A DNA stretch of 64,000 nt from a virus (taxonomy: Duplodnaviria > Caudoviricetes), in the IMG/VR virus record IMGVR_UViG_3300047160_036266, positions 32,001 through 96,000 of that record. The stretch is one strand, 5' to 3'. Of this stretch, positions 27,024 to 35,965 are shown piece after piece. The notes below the pieces were generated by a model, which was not told where the DNA came from, ran no database searches, and saw nothing but the letters and a program-made list of their open reading frames with translations. The translations under genes and the position numbers were made by a program. How positions within the stretch are numbered: position 1 is the stretch's first letter; each line of letters opens with the position of its first letter.

Positions 27024-28007
27024 TTAAATATGATACCGCAACTTCAGGGCGTCCGCCAGCGATAAAACCTCAGAATATGCAGGCATTCGGGCCTCGTCGG
27101 TCCACACGCCGGGCAGGTTGGTGTGCAGGGTATTCGCCACCAGCCGACCCAGGAACCACTCCCTGGTTTCCTCCATCTCCGGCGACAGGTTATATTGACC
27201 AGGAAGGAAGCCCAGCAACATGAATACGTCCCTGGGGTCGAGCCACAGCAGCGAACTCCACTGGTTTTCCTCCCGGTACTTGCCGGGGATGGGCTGAGCC
27301 TTCGCCATCTCCACAAAATGCAGGATCAGTCGCACCCAATTCTTGAGTATGTAGGAGTCCCGACAGGCAGCCGCCTCGGTGATGCGGAACTCAATCGTCG
27401 GACGCTTGCCCTTATTGTAATGATAGGTGTTGATCGAGTAATACTTGTACCCACTCAACTTGTTGACCAACTGGTAGGGGGTAAACTCTGTGTCATGCTC
27501 AAACAGTTCGGAGACGCCAAGAAACTGACAATAACGGTTGCGCTTGCGCGAGGCCGGCATGGAATCCATGAAGACTGCCTCGCACTTGATCCAAAACGCC
27601 AGGACCGCCGCCAGTTCCTCCTGGGTCAAATCCGCCACTTCCACATGAACGTGAAGGGAACACCGCTGGTCGGCGCTGAGGTTGGAGTCGGCGGCAAGAG
27701 TTTCCACCACCTGGCAAATATTCCTCATGCCGAACCTGCCCTTGCTGACCGGGGAGCAGACCTCCAGGCCGCAACTGGAATCCGGTTTGATGACCCAGAC
27801 GGGATTGTGGTGGGTGTGGTGCCACTTATTGACCTCCACGGGCACGCATAATGTCCTGCTGACCAGGCTGCCGACGTAATGGATGCCTTCGGGAAGGTTC
27901 TCTCCCGGTGGCCTGCTGCGCCCGTCCGTGGCGTTCAATTCAATTTCCACACCGTAGCGACGATAATATTCATCGAACGACAGTTGCTCAAGTTTCGGTG
28001 AGTCCAT
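27024..28007 (-). CDS. Putative amidoligase (COOH-NH2 ligase, Amidoligase_2-like)
   Basis: YGVEIE, IKPDSS..LEVCSP, CSLHVHV, KYYSIN, TIEFR. Confidence 0.8.
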   Translation of the reverse strand: MDSPKLEQLSFDEYYRRYGVEIELNATDGRSRPPGENLPEGIHYVGSLVSRTLCVPVEVNKWHHTHHNPVWVIKPDSSCGLEVCSPVSKGRFGMRNICQVVETLAADSNLSADQRCSLHVHVEVADLTQEELAAVLAFWIKCEAVFMDSMPASRKRNRYCQFLGVSELFEHDTEFTPYQLVNKLSGYKYYSINTYHYNKGKRPTIEFRITEAAACRDSYILKNWVRLILHFVEMAKAQPIPGKYREENQWSSLLWLDPRDVFMLLGFLPGQYNLSPEMEETREWFLGRLVANTLHTNLPGVWTDEARMPAYSEVLSLADALKLRYHI

Positions 28008-28088
28008 ATTCCCCCTGGTTATTATATTTCTCCTTGAACAATATTTACCGCCGCTTACAATTAAACACCAGTATAAACGGAGAAGGAG

Positions 28089-28568
28089 ATGGATAACGCA
28101 CAGCAGTGCTTGATGATTAGGACCAAGGACAGACGCCGGTTCTTCACACACGAGAAGAACTACGTCCAACTGATTGAGTTCTCGAAGACTTTCAAAGCTG
28201 AAATATCAGTGGTCCGAGTCCAGCAGGCAGAAATATTGGAATTAGCTGACCTGGCACCGGCGATCTGCAACGCCAACTACCCCACCAAAAAGGCCGACTA
28301 CGAACTCATCGAAGTCAAGATTCCCGTCCTGCCCCACAACACCAGGCCAAAAATCCTGCGCACCGCCGCCCGGATCAAACAGTTTGTTCTGGGCAAATTC
28401 CTTGACGGCCAGCCGGTATCGCTGAAGGAACTGAAGAGGAAGTTCAAGCGCTACAAGCTCAGCACCCCGGCGCTGTGCAACCACATCGCCAGGGTGCGAG
28501 AGGAGTTAAAGCAGAAGGGATTGCGCGTGATAAAGGTGGGTGCGGGCGCTTACCAAGTCCTTGAATAA
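28089..28568 (+). CDS. Hypothetical protein, possible C-terminal HTH
   Basis: VSLKELKRKF..LSTPALCNHIARVREEL. Confidence 0.5.
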   Translation: MDNAQQCLMIRTKDRRRFFTHEKNYVQLIEFSKTFKAEISVVRVQQAEILELADLAPAICNANYPTKKADYELIEVKIPVLPHNTRPKILRTAARIKQFVLGKFLDGQPVSLKELKRKFKRYKLSTPALCNHIARVREELKQKGLRVIKVGAGAYQVLE

Positions 28569-28572
28569 GTAG

Positions 28573-28593
28573 GGGGAGGCCACGAGCCTCCCC
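28573..28593. terminator. Hairpin between convergent genes
   Basis: ggggaggc-cacga-gcctcccc. Confidence 0.55.
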
Positions 28594-28616
28594 CTGGGGT
28601 GACTACGAACCGTCGC

Positions 28617-29825
28617 TTACGACAGTTGTTCGTCTATCTCTAAGTCGGTCTGCTCATCGTCATCAGCCACTTCCGACTCTTCCACGTCGCCAGTGGGAAC
28701 GTAACTCATCGCCCCCTGGAACGGCGTCAGATAATCGTTGATGACCTGGGCATCCTTGGCATCCACCAGGGCCGGACACTTGAGCAGGACATCCATTGGA
28801 ACCTCGTTACGCTCCATGCTGGACTTGAACTTAATCTCCTGGCCAGCAGCCCACGGCTCCTTCACGGTGTAGTTGCCGCCCTTGCCGTCGATCCGCTCAG
28901 CGTCCAACATCGCAGTGAGCAGACCGCCTAACGGATTGATGCCGGACTCAAAGAACAACGGCACATCGTTCGCCTGCACAAACGGCTTGAAGGTGCGGTT
29001 CTTCACGTTCTTGATATTGACGTGGACGCCCAGCACCTTCTTATGCTTGGCCGTCAGCTTCCGCTCGATCTTCTTCGTTGTGCGGGTTTCCAGGCGGCAA
29101 CTAGCATAGAAGGGCAACGCCATGCCGCCGCCGCCCGTGGTGGTCGTCGGCCCATACATCACTCCAATCTTGGAGCGAATCTGGTTCATGATAATGACTG
29201 TGGCACGGGTCTTCTCCATCACGGCGTTGAGCTTGCGGAACTCACGAGAACAAATGCGGGCACGTTCGCCAGGTTGTTCGTGGGCCTTGACGATGCGCTT
29301 GAAGTCAGCCTCGGTGTATTCTTCCGGCAGGTCGATCTCGCGCAGTTCGCGCTCACAGGGAGGCACCGTGATCGAGTCAAAGACGATCACGATGGGCGAG
29401 TCCTTGTACTTCGCGTGGCTGCGAATATGCTCGACCGCCTTGTAGATTTTGTTGAAGCTGGCTTCCAAGGTCTGTGGCGTGTAGCGAACGATCTGAGCCA
29501 GGTTGCAGTGGCTCGCCCGCCGCACGAAGTCCTTGTTCACGGCGTTCTCGGTGTCGAGGATGATAGGCACGCCGTTGATGCGCTGACACCCGAAGAGGAT
29601 GTTGGTGCCGATGAGAGACTTGCTGGACGCCGAAGGCCCATAGATTTCCGTCAGGCGACCGCCCGGAATGCCGCCGCCCAGGAACTTGCCGGAGCAGGCA
29701 TAGTTGAGGGCCAGGTTGCCGGTGTCCACATAATACGCGACCGTATCAATCGCATCCAGTACCTCGCCGCCAGTGGCCGCAGCCAGGTCTTGAAATAAAT
29801 CGTCGTCCGTCTTCTTGCGAGTCAT
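28617..29825 (-). CDS. recA: RecA/UvsX-family recombinase
   Basis: GIPGGRLTEIYGPSASSKS, DTENA, IVFDSI, MNQIRSKIGVMYG..TTGGG..FYASCR. Confidence 0.9.
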   Translation of the reverse strand: MTRKKTDDDLFQDLAAATGGEVLDAIDTVAYYVDTGNLALNYACSGKFLGGGIPGGRLTEIYGPSASSKSLIGTNILFGCQRINGVPIILDTENAVNKDFVRRASHCNLAQIVRYTPQTLEASFNKIYKAVEHIRSHAKYKDSPIVIVFDSITVPPCERELREIDLPEEYTEADFKRIVKAHEQPGERARICSREFRKLNAVMEKTRATVIIMNQIRSKIGVMYGPTTTTGGGGMALPFYASCRLETRTTKKIERKLTAKHKKVLGVHVNIKNVKNRTFKPFVQANDVPLFFESGINPLGGLLTAMLDAERIDGKGGNYTVKEPWAAGQEIKFKSSMERNEVPMDVLLKCPALVDAKDAQVINDYLTPFQGAMSYVPTGDVEESEVADDDEQTDLEIDEQLS

Positions 29826-29894
29826 GTTATCTCCATATGTTCTCCTTCGCACAAGGGAAGTGGAATGGGTTAATGCTAGGGTAGGGGTAAGAAT

Positions 29895-29935
29895 CCCAGA
29901 GGGACACCTAGCGCCAGGCTAGGTGTCCCTCTGGG
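29895..29935. terminator. 18-bp stem hairpin after the SSB gene
   Basis: cccagagggacacctagc / gctaggtgtccctctggg. Confidence 0.7.
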
Positions 29936-29943
29936 ACCATAGA

Positions 29944-30975
29944 TTACTTCTTCTCGGTCTTGAGGTTGTCCAGTTCGGCCATGAACTCCGGGTCGGCCAT
30001 AACCTCATCCTCCGCAGCCTTGGCCTTCGCAGGGTCTTTCTTCTCCTGCTTGGCAATGGGCTTGGCGGGCTGCGGCTCACCGTTGGTGGTGTCCGTCTTG
30101 AGGTTGGCACGCACCGTGTCCTCACCGTCCGGGTCGGGTTCGTACACGCTGGTGTCGAACTCCTCAGTGTCGTCTTCGAGGACGCCGTTGTGGACCTTCA
30201 GGGCGTGGTCCAGGGTGTTGAAGTCCTTGACCTTGCGCAGCGATGGCAGGTCGTGGAGGTTCGTGATCCAGCGGTCCCACTCTTCGGGCGTACCGGCTGG
30301 TGAAGGCTCCTCGAACTCACTGCCGCCATAGTCGGGGTACTCGAAGCCCCCAGCCCCACGGGTGGTCTTTTTGACCAGGCGGAAGTCACGCCCGGACTTC
30401 GGGTGGGTGATGTCGCCCTTGGCCTTCTTGCCGGCCTTGGGGTTGCCGACGATAGCCTCCATGATGAGGGCGTGAACGGTCTTGCCGCAAGAATATACCA
30501 GCGGCCCGACGTTCTGCTCCAGCTTATTGGTCTTGGGGTTGATGCACTCCCGGACGATGACGTTGTAGTAGAAGCGTTCGACCGGCTTGATAACGCGCAG
30601 AGCGTTCTGCAACGCCTCGCGCTGCTTCTCGTCGGTCATCTTCATCGACTTCTGCCACTTATCACGGTAATACTTGCACACCGGGCAGTCGTGGCCTTCC
30701 GCCGGCGCGATCCAGAACATCTGCCCGCTCTGCACCTTGGTCAGAACCCGTGGGCAGTGGTAGGTCTTGTCGGCCAGCTTGTGGGTGCGGGTCTTCATGA
30801 CGAAATCGGCCCCACGCTTGCCGGCTGGCGCTGGCAATATACGCATGAGCAAATATCCGTCACCTTTGGGCAACTTCACGAAGTTGTCCAAGAAGCCACC
30901 GGCACCCGGCTCACGCTGGACGCGCTCGGCTTCGTCGCCAATCTCGGACAGGTCGAGGGGAGAATACTCGGACAT
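29944..30975 (-). CDS. T4 gp32-like single-stranded DNA-binding protein
   Basis: CPVCKY, YYNVIV, YSCGKTV, DITHPKSGRDFRL, acidic C-terminus. Confidence 0.8.
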   Translation of the reverse strand: MSEYSPLDLSEIGDEAERVQREPGAGGFLDNFVKLPKGDGYLLMRILPAPAGKRGADFVMKTRTHKLADKTYHCPRVLTKVQSGQMFWIAPAEGHDCPVCKYYRDKWQKSMKMTDEKQREALQNALRVIKPVERFYYNVIVRECINPKTNKLEQNVGPLVYSCGKTVHALIMEAIVGNPKAGKKAKGDITHPKSGRDFRLVKKTTRGAGGFEYPDYGGSEFEEPSPAGTPEEWDRWITNLHDLPSLRKVKDFNTLDHALKVHNGVLEDDTEEFDTSVYEPDPDGEDTVRANLKTDTTNGEPQPAKPIAKQEKKDPAKAKAAEDEVMADPEFMAELDNLKTEKK

Positions 30976-31075
30976 GATTCGCCTCCTGATAGAAAGTTAA
31001 AGATAGTTGAAGATAGTTAGGTCTATATTCAACGTGATCCAGTTATAACCTCTATCGGAACTCGACTCAAGCCGG

Positions 31076-31504
31076 TTAAGTGCTGGCAGGCGGATTTTCG
31101 TTATTTTCGCCCTTACGGATAACGGTCGCGTCGGCACGGCCACCGCCGCCGTCATTTATAACCTGCATACCCGTCAGGGCTTGGACCTTTTGCTCCAGTG
31201 TCTCATAGCCCTCAAACGCCTCGTTACGTTCCTTGCGAACCGCCATCTCCTTCAGATATTCCTGTTCCAGCGCTTCGAGGACTTTCATATTCTCCTCAAG
31301 CTTCTTTTTTATCATGTCATCCTTCTTCTGCGGATTATTGACAATCGGCATCTGCTTGGGCCGACCCGCCTCTTCCACTTCCTTGTCCTTAGCCTCTTCC
31401 TCTTCGCGCCTGGTCCGTAATATGTCCCGGCGGTACAACACCTTCTTGCGAACCTCGCGCTCCCGCTCCTTCTTCTTCTGGAACTTCTTCTGCTCTTTAC
31501 CCAT
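31076..31504 (-). CDS. Charged coiled-coil hypothetical protein
   Basis: ORF track. Confidence 0.6.
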   Translation of the reverse strand: MGKEQKKFQKKKEREREVRKKVLYRRDILRTRREEEEAKDKEVEEAGRPKQMPIVNNPQKKDDMIKKKLEENMKVLEALEQEYLKEMAVRKERNEAFEGYETLEQKVQALTGMQVINDGGGGRADATVIRKGENNENPPAST

Positions 31505-31511
31505 AAGTCTC

Positions 31512-31844
31512 CTAAATCAAAAAGGGGGTAACAGTCGTCGCTTCCCAGGACACAAAAATCGGCTGGGTCGTCAAGTCCAGCGTGCCCCAAACGGTATCGA
31601 CACTTAGCAACTGCGGTGTCACATCAATCTGTACGGTGGGCAGGATCGTGTCCGTAATATAGATACACGGGGTTATTGTGTCGGTTATGAACGTCTCGAT
31701 CTTCGGCACACAGGAATGCGGGCTAGTTGCCCCACAGTTGGCACAGGTGCCGTTGCTGGACACCAGGCTCAGATCGAAATAACCATCGTCGCGTATGATT
31801 ACCCCACATCGCTGTTCTTTTCGGTCTAACCAGTAGTTTTTCAT
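31512..31844 (-). CDS. Hypothetical protein (MKNYWLDRKE N-terminus)
   Basis: ATGA overlap with upstream gene. Confidence 0.45.
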   Translation of the reverse strand: MKNYWLDRKEQRCGVIIRDDGYFDLSLVSSNGTCANCGATSPHSCVPKIETFITDTITPCIYITDTILPTVQIDVTPQLLSVDTVWGTLDLTTQPIFVSWEATTVTPFLI

Positions 31845-32560
31845 CGTAATTTCGGCATATTTTGGTCTTGCACCATGCCGTCCCATCTAAGTTTGCCGCC
31901 TTCGCGTTTACTCACATCTTCGGAGAAGCCGACCTCCTTATCCAATAGGAGGTTGACCTCGGCAGGCACAAAATACTTGTCCGAAATAAGTTGCTCCCGC
32001 CCGCTGTCGTCCATCGTCGTGTAGGCCATGCCAATCGACATCTGCTGTTCCTTGAACACCGGATACTTTTTGTCCACGGTGAAGCGCAGATTCTTGGTCT
32101 TCACTTCCGGCATCAGGGGCAGTTCCGGGGCGAACACAACCCACTTGATGGGCCGTAGCTGGTTGCCGTTGTGTGGGTGGAACATGCCACCGGCCTGCTG
32201 GTGGCCCGGCACCTGCATAAGCTGGTGCGGGTGTATCTCCGGCGCTGCTGTCGGAGCCTCCACGATCTCCTGAACGACCACATTGGCGTCCTGGTCCACC
32301 AAGAACTTCTTATTTTTGAGGACGATGCCGCCCTTCGTCTCACGGAAGGTGATCTGCTTCTTGCTATATTCGTAGACCTCGACATCCGTGATCCACACGT
32401 CCCGCCGGCTCAGTTGCGCCATTACCGCTCCCGCCAGCTTCTCCAGCGGCACGTCGTCGTAGGGATCACCCACCTTCTTTTTGAAGGACTTGGTTTCCTC
32501 TTTATTGTAACCGCCTTCTTCGAGGCGCTCGTGATATTTGTAAATTACTTCGTAGCCCAT
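31841..32560 (-). CDS. Hypothetical protein
   Basis: ORF track. Confidence 0.65.
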   Translation of the reverse strand: MGYEVIYKYHERLEEGGYNKEETKSFKKKVGDPYDDVPLEKLAGAVMAQLSRRDVWITDVEVYEYSKKQITFRETKGGIVLKNKKFLVDQDANVVVQEIVEAPTAAPEIHPHQLMQVPGHQQAGGMFHPHNGNQLRPIKWVVFAPELPLMPEVKTKNLRFTVDKKYPVFKEQQMSIGMAYTTMDDSGREQLISDKYFVPAEVNLLLDKEVGFSEDVSKREGGKLRWDGMVQDQNMPKLR

Positions 32561-32587
32561 ATGTCCCTTTCTAATTAAGTAAGCCGG

Positions 32588-33208
32588 CTATCTTTGTATG
32601 ACCCCCACCCCATATCTGGTTGCAAAGGTGGCTGGCTCTCGATTCTTCGACTTACAGAAGTCAGAAAAGGCCCGCTGCGCCGGTGTGTGCCGGACAATAT
32701 AATCCATCACAATCAAGCCGTTCAGTTCCATCTGGGGCCAGACGAAATCCAGGTAAGCCATGTGCTTGTCATAGCCAGTTTCCTCATTTATAAAGCACAA
32801 ATCCCACCTATTTCCGTGGAAGCGTAGTAAAAAATCCTCGTCGTCCACCGTGCCGACATGGGCGCTGACCACAATGCTCCTGGCGTTTTGCAAGACGTTG
32901 GCCCGGCCCAGGCGGGGGGAGTAATATTCCTCCTTTTTCTCCTGAAAACCCAACACGCGCTCCACCGTCTTGCACGACTTCAAAAAGCACGCACTGAATA
33001 AGCCCAAGCGGAACCCTATTTCCAATATACTCTTCGGCTCAATAAAATGCCCCAGGTGGTAGTAGAAGGGAATATAGAGGGGGTCGGTGTAGGCAGAAGT
33101 CTTGCGGGATGTCTCGTTGATGAGCCGCAAGTTATCTAGCAGGATGCGTGCGCTGAACGGCTTGGCCAGCCGCTCGTCCATCTGGGCCTTCAATTCGCTG
33201 AGAGTCAT
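32588..33208 (-). CDS. Class I SAM-dependent methyltransferase (Methyltransf_24-like)
   Basis: SILEIGFRLG, WDLCFI, GLIVMDY. Confidence 0.7.
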   Translation of the reverse strand: MTLSELKAQMDERLAKPFSARILLDNLRLINETSRKTSAYTDPLYIPFYYHLGHFIEPKSILEIGFRLGLFSACFLKSCKTVERVLGFQEKKEEYYSPRLGRANVLQNARSIVVSAHVGTVDDEDFLLRFHGNRWDLCFINEETGYDKHMAYLDFVWPQMELNGLIVMDYIVRHTPAQRAFSDFCKSKNREPATFATRYGVGVIQR

Positions 33209-33220
33209 ACACTAAAAGAG

Positions 33221-33248
33221 AACGCCCTGGACAGAAGCCCAGGGCGTT
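33221..33248. terminator. Hairpin downstream of Hsp20
   Basis: aacgccctgg / ccagggcgtt. Confidence 0.6.
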
Positions 33249-33256
33249 GCAAAGCG

Positions 33257-33781
33257 TTATTCATCGAGATTCTTGATCTCGACCTGCTTGGGCTTGGGCT
33301 GCACCAACTCCGGCACCTTCCAGACCAACCGCAGGATGCCGTCCTTGATGGTGGCCTCCGGGTCGCCAGTCACAAAGTCCGGCAACAGTACGCGCCGCTC
33401 GAAACTGGACCGCTTCAACTCCCGAATATGGAAGTGCGATCCCTCCGAGTGCTGGTGTGTGTCACTCATGCGACCAGAAATGACAAGCACCTGGCGAGTT
33501 GGCGTATCAACGCCAAACTGCCCTTCCTCTTTATACGGGTGCAATTCCACCCGCAGATCGCTGAGCTTCACGCCGGGCACCGACGCCTCCACGATCCACT
33601 GGCCGTCCTTGGTAATTACGTCCAGGCGTGGGTAGCCCATCTTGGACCGCACCGTGTTGGCGGCGGAATCCGAGAAGAACTCGTCCACTACCTTGTCGAA
33701 ATACTGCTGGAAGGGATAAAACAGGTCGTCCCGGCTCGGAATGAGAGACGTTAAACGCGACGGACAAAAAGTACCCTTCAT
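33257..33781 (-). CDS. Small heat-shock protein Hsp20
   Basis: PRLDV..VEASVPGVK..LVISG..RELKRSSFERRVLLP..ATIKDGIL; AGGAGG RBS. Confidence 0.9.
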   Translation of the reverse strand: MKGTFCPSRLTSLIPSRDDLFYPFQQYFDKVVDEFFSDSAANTVRSKMGYPRLDVITKDGQWIVEASVPGVKLSDLRVELHPYKEEGQFGVDTPTRQVLVISGRMSDTHQHSEGSHFHIRELKRSSFERRVLLPDFVTGDPEATIKDGILRLVWKVPELVQPKPKQVEIKNLDE

Positions 33782-33884
33782 GGTGTACCTCCTAATTGTT
33801 ACCACCGCCCTATTGCGTGTGGTGTCATGGACCGGGCATCACCCGTGTCCACAGTATATATTCTAGCACACTTGGTTTTGAAAT

Positions 33885-33916
33885 AAAAAGGGAGCATGAC
33901 ATACGATCATGCTCCC
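33885..33916 (-). terminator. Rho-independent terminator
   Basis: 10-bp stem gggagcatga / tcatgctccc with U-tract on the minus strand. Confidence 0.7.
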
Positions 33917-34047
33917 CGCCGTGTTCCGGCATTTCGGTTGAGGCCAGCCCTTGGCTCAAACCATCAGGACTCCGTATTAGCCATCACCAACAGAGGATCA
34001 CCCATCCATACGGCCAGGGTGAACCTGAAGACAGGACCACTTATATA

Positions 34048-34584
34048 TCACTTGACCTGCAAAGTTTTGACCATAATCCATTTCACTGGTCCGGGGTCGA
34101 AGTCCTCGGCATCCCACTGGTTGGCAGTACCCTCGATCACCAGACCGTAGCCCGCCGTTTCTTTTGATACCAGGATGGGCCTCTCGCCACTCTTCGGCCC
34201 CAGCAAGGCAAGGGGATGAAGCCAGAGGCGGCGCTTGCTGTCAACCCGGATGCTATCGACGGAGATGTATGCCTTGGTCCCGTCCTTCATACTTTCCAGT
34301 TTATTTCGGACGTGAGTAAAAGGGAGTGTGGCCCCATCCTCGTCCGTACCCACGACCTTCACATTCGGCGGGGCATCGTCCTTCTTGTCATCCTTTTCTT
34401 TCTTCTCCTCTATCTTGCCAGGCAGGCGTGGGTCATAAGGCGGCGGGTCTTTCTTCTTCGGCTGAGCGACCGGCTGTGCCTTGTCCTTTTCATCTCCAAC
34501 CGCCTGAGCGGTTCCCCAATCGGCCTGCGTACACGTCATCAATAGCAAGAGAAGCGAGACGCATATCTGTTTGAATCTCGTCAT
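34048..34584 (-). CDS. Secreted or lipoprotein-like hypothetical protein
   Basis: Signal-like N-terminus. Confidence 0.55.
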   Translation of the reverse strand: MTRFKQICVSLLLLLMTCTQADWGTAQAVGDEKDKAQPVAQPKKKDPPPYDPRLPGKIEEKKEKDDKKDDAPPNVKVVGTDEDGATLPFTHVRNKLESMKDGTKAYISVDSIRVDSKRRLWLHPLALLGPKSGERPILVSKETAGYGLVIEGTANQWDAEDFDPGPVKWIMVKTLQVK

Positions 34585-35198
34585 GCGGTACTCAAATAAT
34601 AGTCAGGCAGGTACTCGATCACTTCCACTCCGGCCTTGGCAAACAAGAAACGACTGCCGAAGGAGTAATCACGCCCCCAATCTATTATATACACCTTCTT
34701 GATGCCGGAGTTGATTACCAGCTTGGTGCATTCCACACACGGGCAGCCGCACCAGCAAAACATCTCGGCACCGTAAAGGTTGCCGCTGGCGTTGACGATG
34801 GCATTGGTTTCCGCATGGGCGCAACTGCACAACTCCAGGCGGACGCCGGATGGCGCACCTACAGCTTTGCGGGGGCAAATACGCGAGTTGCCATACTTCT
34901 TTACGAAGTCGTTCATCAGCACGCAGTCCGACACGGGGCAAGCTGGTCCCGCCCCCTCACAAGGAATAGCCTTCTTCTTCTCTTCCTCCGTCAACTGTGG
35001 CCACACGACCTGCTCCAAATATTCCGGGGCGTCGTTATGTGGCACGCCACGGGGCGGCGAGTTGTAGCCGGTGCCCAGAACTTTATTCGCCTGGGGGTCT
35101 ACAATCACCACGCCGATCTTGCGGCTGTAGCAGGAATTGCAGTCCTCCCCGACAAACCGGGCCATCCGCATGTAGTGCTTGATGAATTTCTCTTTCAT
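34581..35198 (-). CDS. dCMP deaminase
   Basis: RKIGVVIV..TGYNS..HAETNAI..PCVEC. Confidence 0.9.
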   Translation of the reverse strand: MKEKFIKHYMRMARFVGEDCNSCYSRKIGVVIVDPQANKVLGTGYNSPPRGVPHNDAPEYLEQVVWPQLTEEEKKKAIPCEGAGPACPVSDCVLMNDFVKKYGNSRICPRKAVGAPSGVRLELCSCAHAETNAIVNASGNLYGAEMFCWCGCPCVECTKLVINSGIKKVYIIDWGRDYSFGSRFLFAKAGVEVIEYLPDYYLSTA

Positions 35199-35869
35199 GG
35201 CTGCTCCTTCAGCTTTTTGAAGACCGTCGCCAGGTCATATAATTCCCGCTGCTCGGCACCATATTGATTAGGCAGACGTGCCACGGCTCCGAGACGATCC
35301 TCAGCCAATAACTCTCGGCTGAGCATATATCCCCGGATGACAAAACGACTGCCGATCCGGTAGTCACCTGTCACCAGACATAAAAAGTGGGCCGTATCCT
35401 TTTTTTTCCAATCGGCGTAGGAAAGCGCGCCGGTTTGATATTCCGTGATCTTCACATCCACGACATATCCGTTATGCTTGTGATCCCCGTCGTCGTCCCG
35501 CACGGAGCGGGCTTTAACTTCAAATTGGCCGAAGGGGTAGAGGTTGTGCCGCTTGGCATAGGTCAGTTCGCCACACAACCCGTTGATCTCGATGAACTTC
35601 TCTTTCTCCGGGTCTGCCTTTCGCATGTTGACGCGACCAGCCGCCCGTGCCGCCGCCGTGCGTTTCGGGCCGATCAATTTGCAAATTTCCATCTCGGTTT
35701 CGTTCAGGACGACATCATCGCCAGCGGGCAGGGTCGAGCCAAACAAGTCGAAAGGATATTTCTGCTGCTCACGGTAGCCGTTGAGCAGGGCCACCAGTTC
35801 CTCCGCACTCTTCCCGGTGCGCTTGTGGGCCTGAATCAACAGCCACTCTTCGTTATCACTCCATGACAT
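35195..35869 (-). CDS. Hypothetical protein, possible PD-(D/E)xK fold
   Basis: GELTYAK..DGD..VDVK. Confidence 0.5.
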   Translation of the reverse strand: MSWSDNEEWLLIQAHKRTGKSAEELVALLNGYREQQKYPFDLFGSTLPAGDDVVLNETEMEICKLIGPKRTAAARAAGRVNMRKADPEKEKFIEINGLCGELTYAKRHNLYPFGQFEVKARSVRDDDGDHKHNGYVVDVKITEYQTGALSYADWKKKDTAHFLCLVTGDYRIGSRFVIRGYMLSRELLAEDRLGAVARLPNQYGAEQRELYDLATVFKKLKEQP

Positions 35870-35913
35870 GCTATAACCTCCTTGCCAGGCATTATAACCG
35901 CATCCATTAAACG

Positions 35914-35951
35914 AAAAAAGGCCGGTGAGGTTGCCCTCACCGGCCTTTTTT
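35914..35951. terminator. Bidirectional rho-independent terminator
   Basis: aaaaaaggccggtgagg-ttgc-cctcaccggcctttttt. Confidence 0.85.
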
Positions 35952-35965
35952 GTTCAAGGCAGCAC

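Noticed and set aside
33930-33970. Hammerhead ribozyme (CUGAUG..CGAAA, minus strand)
   Set aside because: A9 is missing and there is no UH cleavage triplet after stem III. Kept only as part of an unclassified structured RNA.
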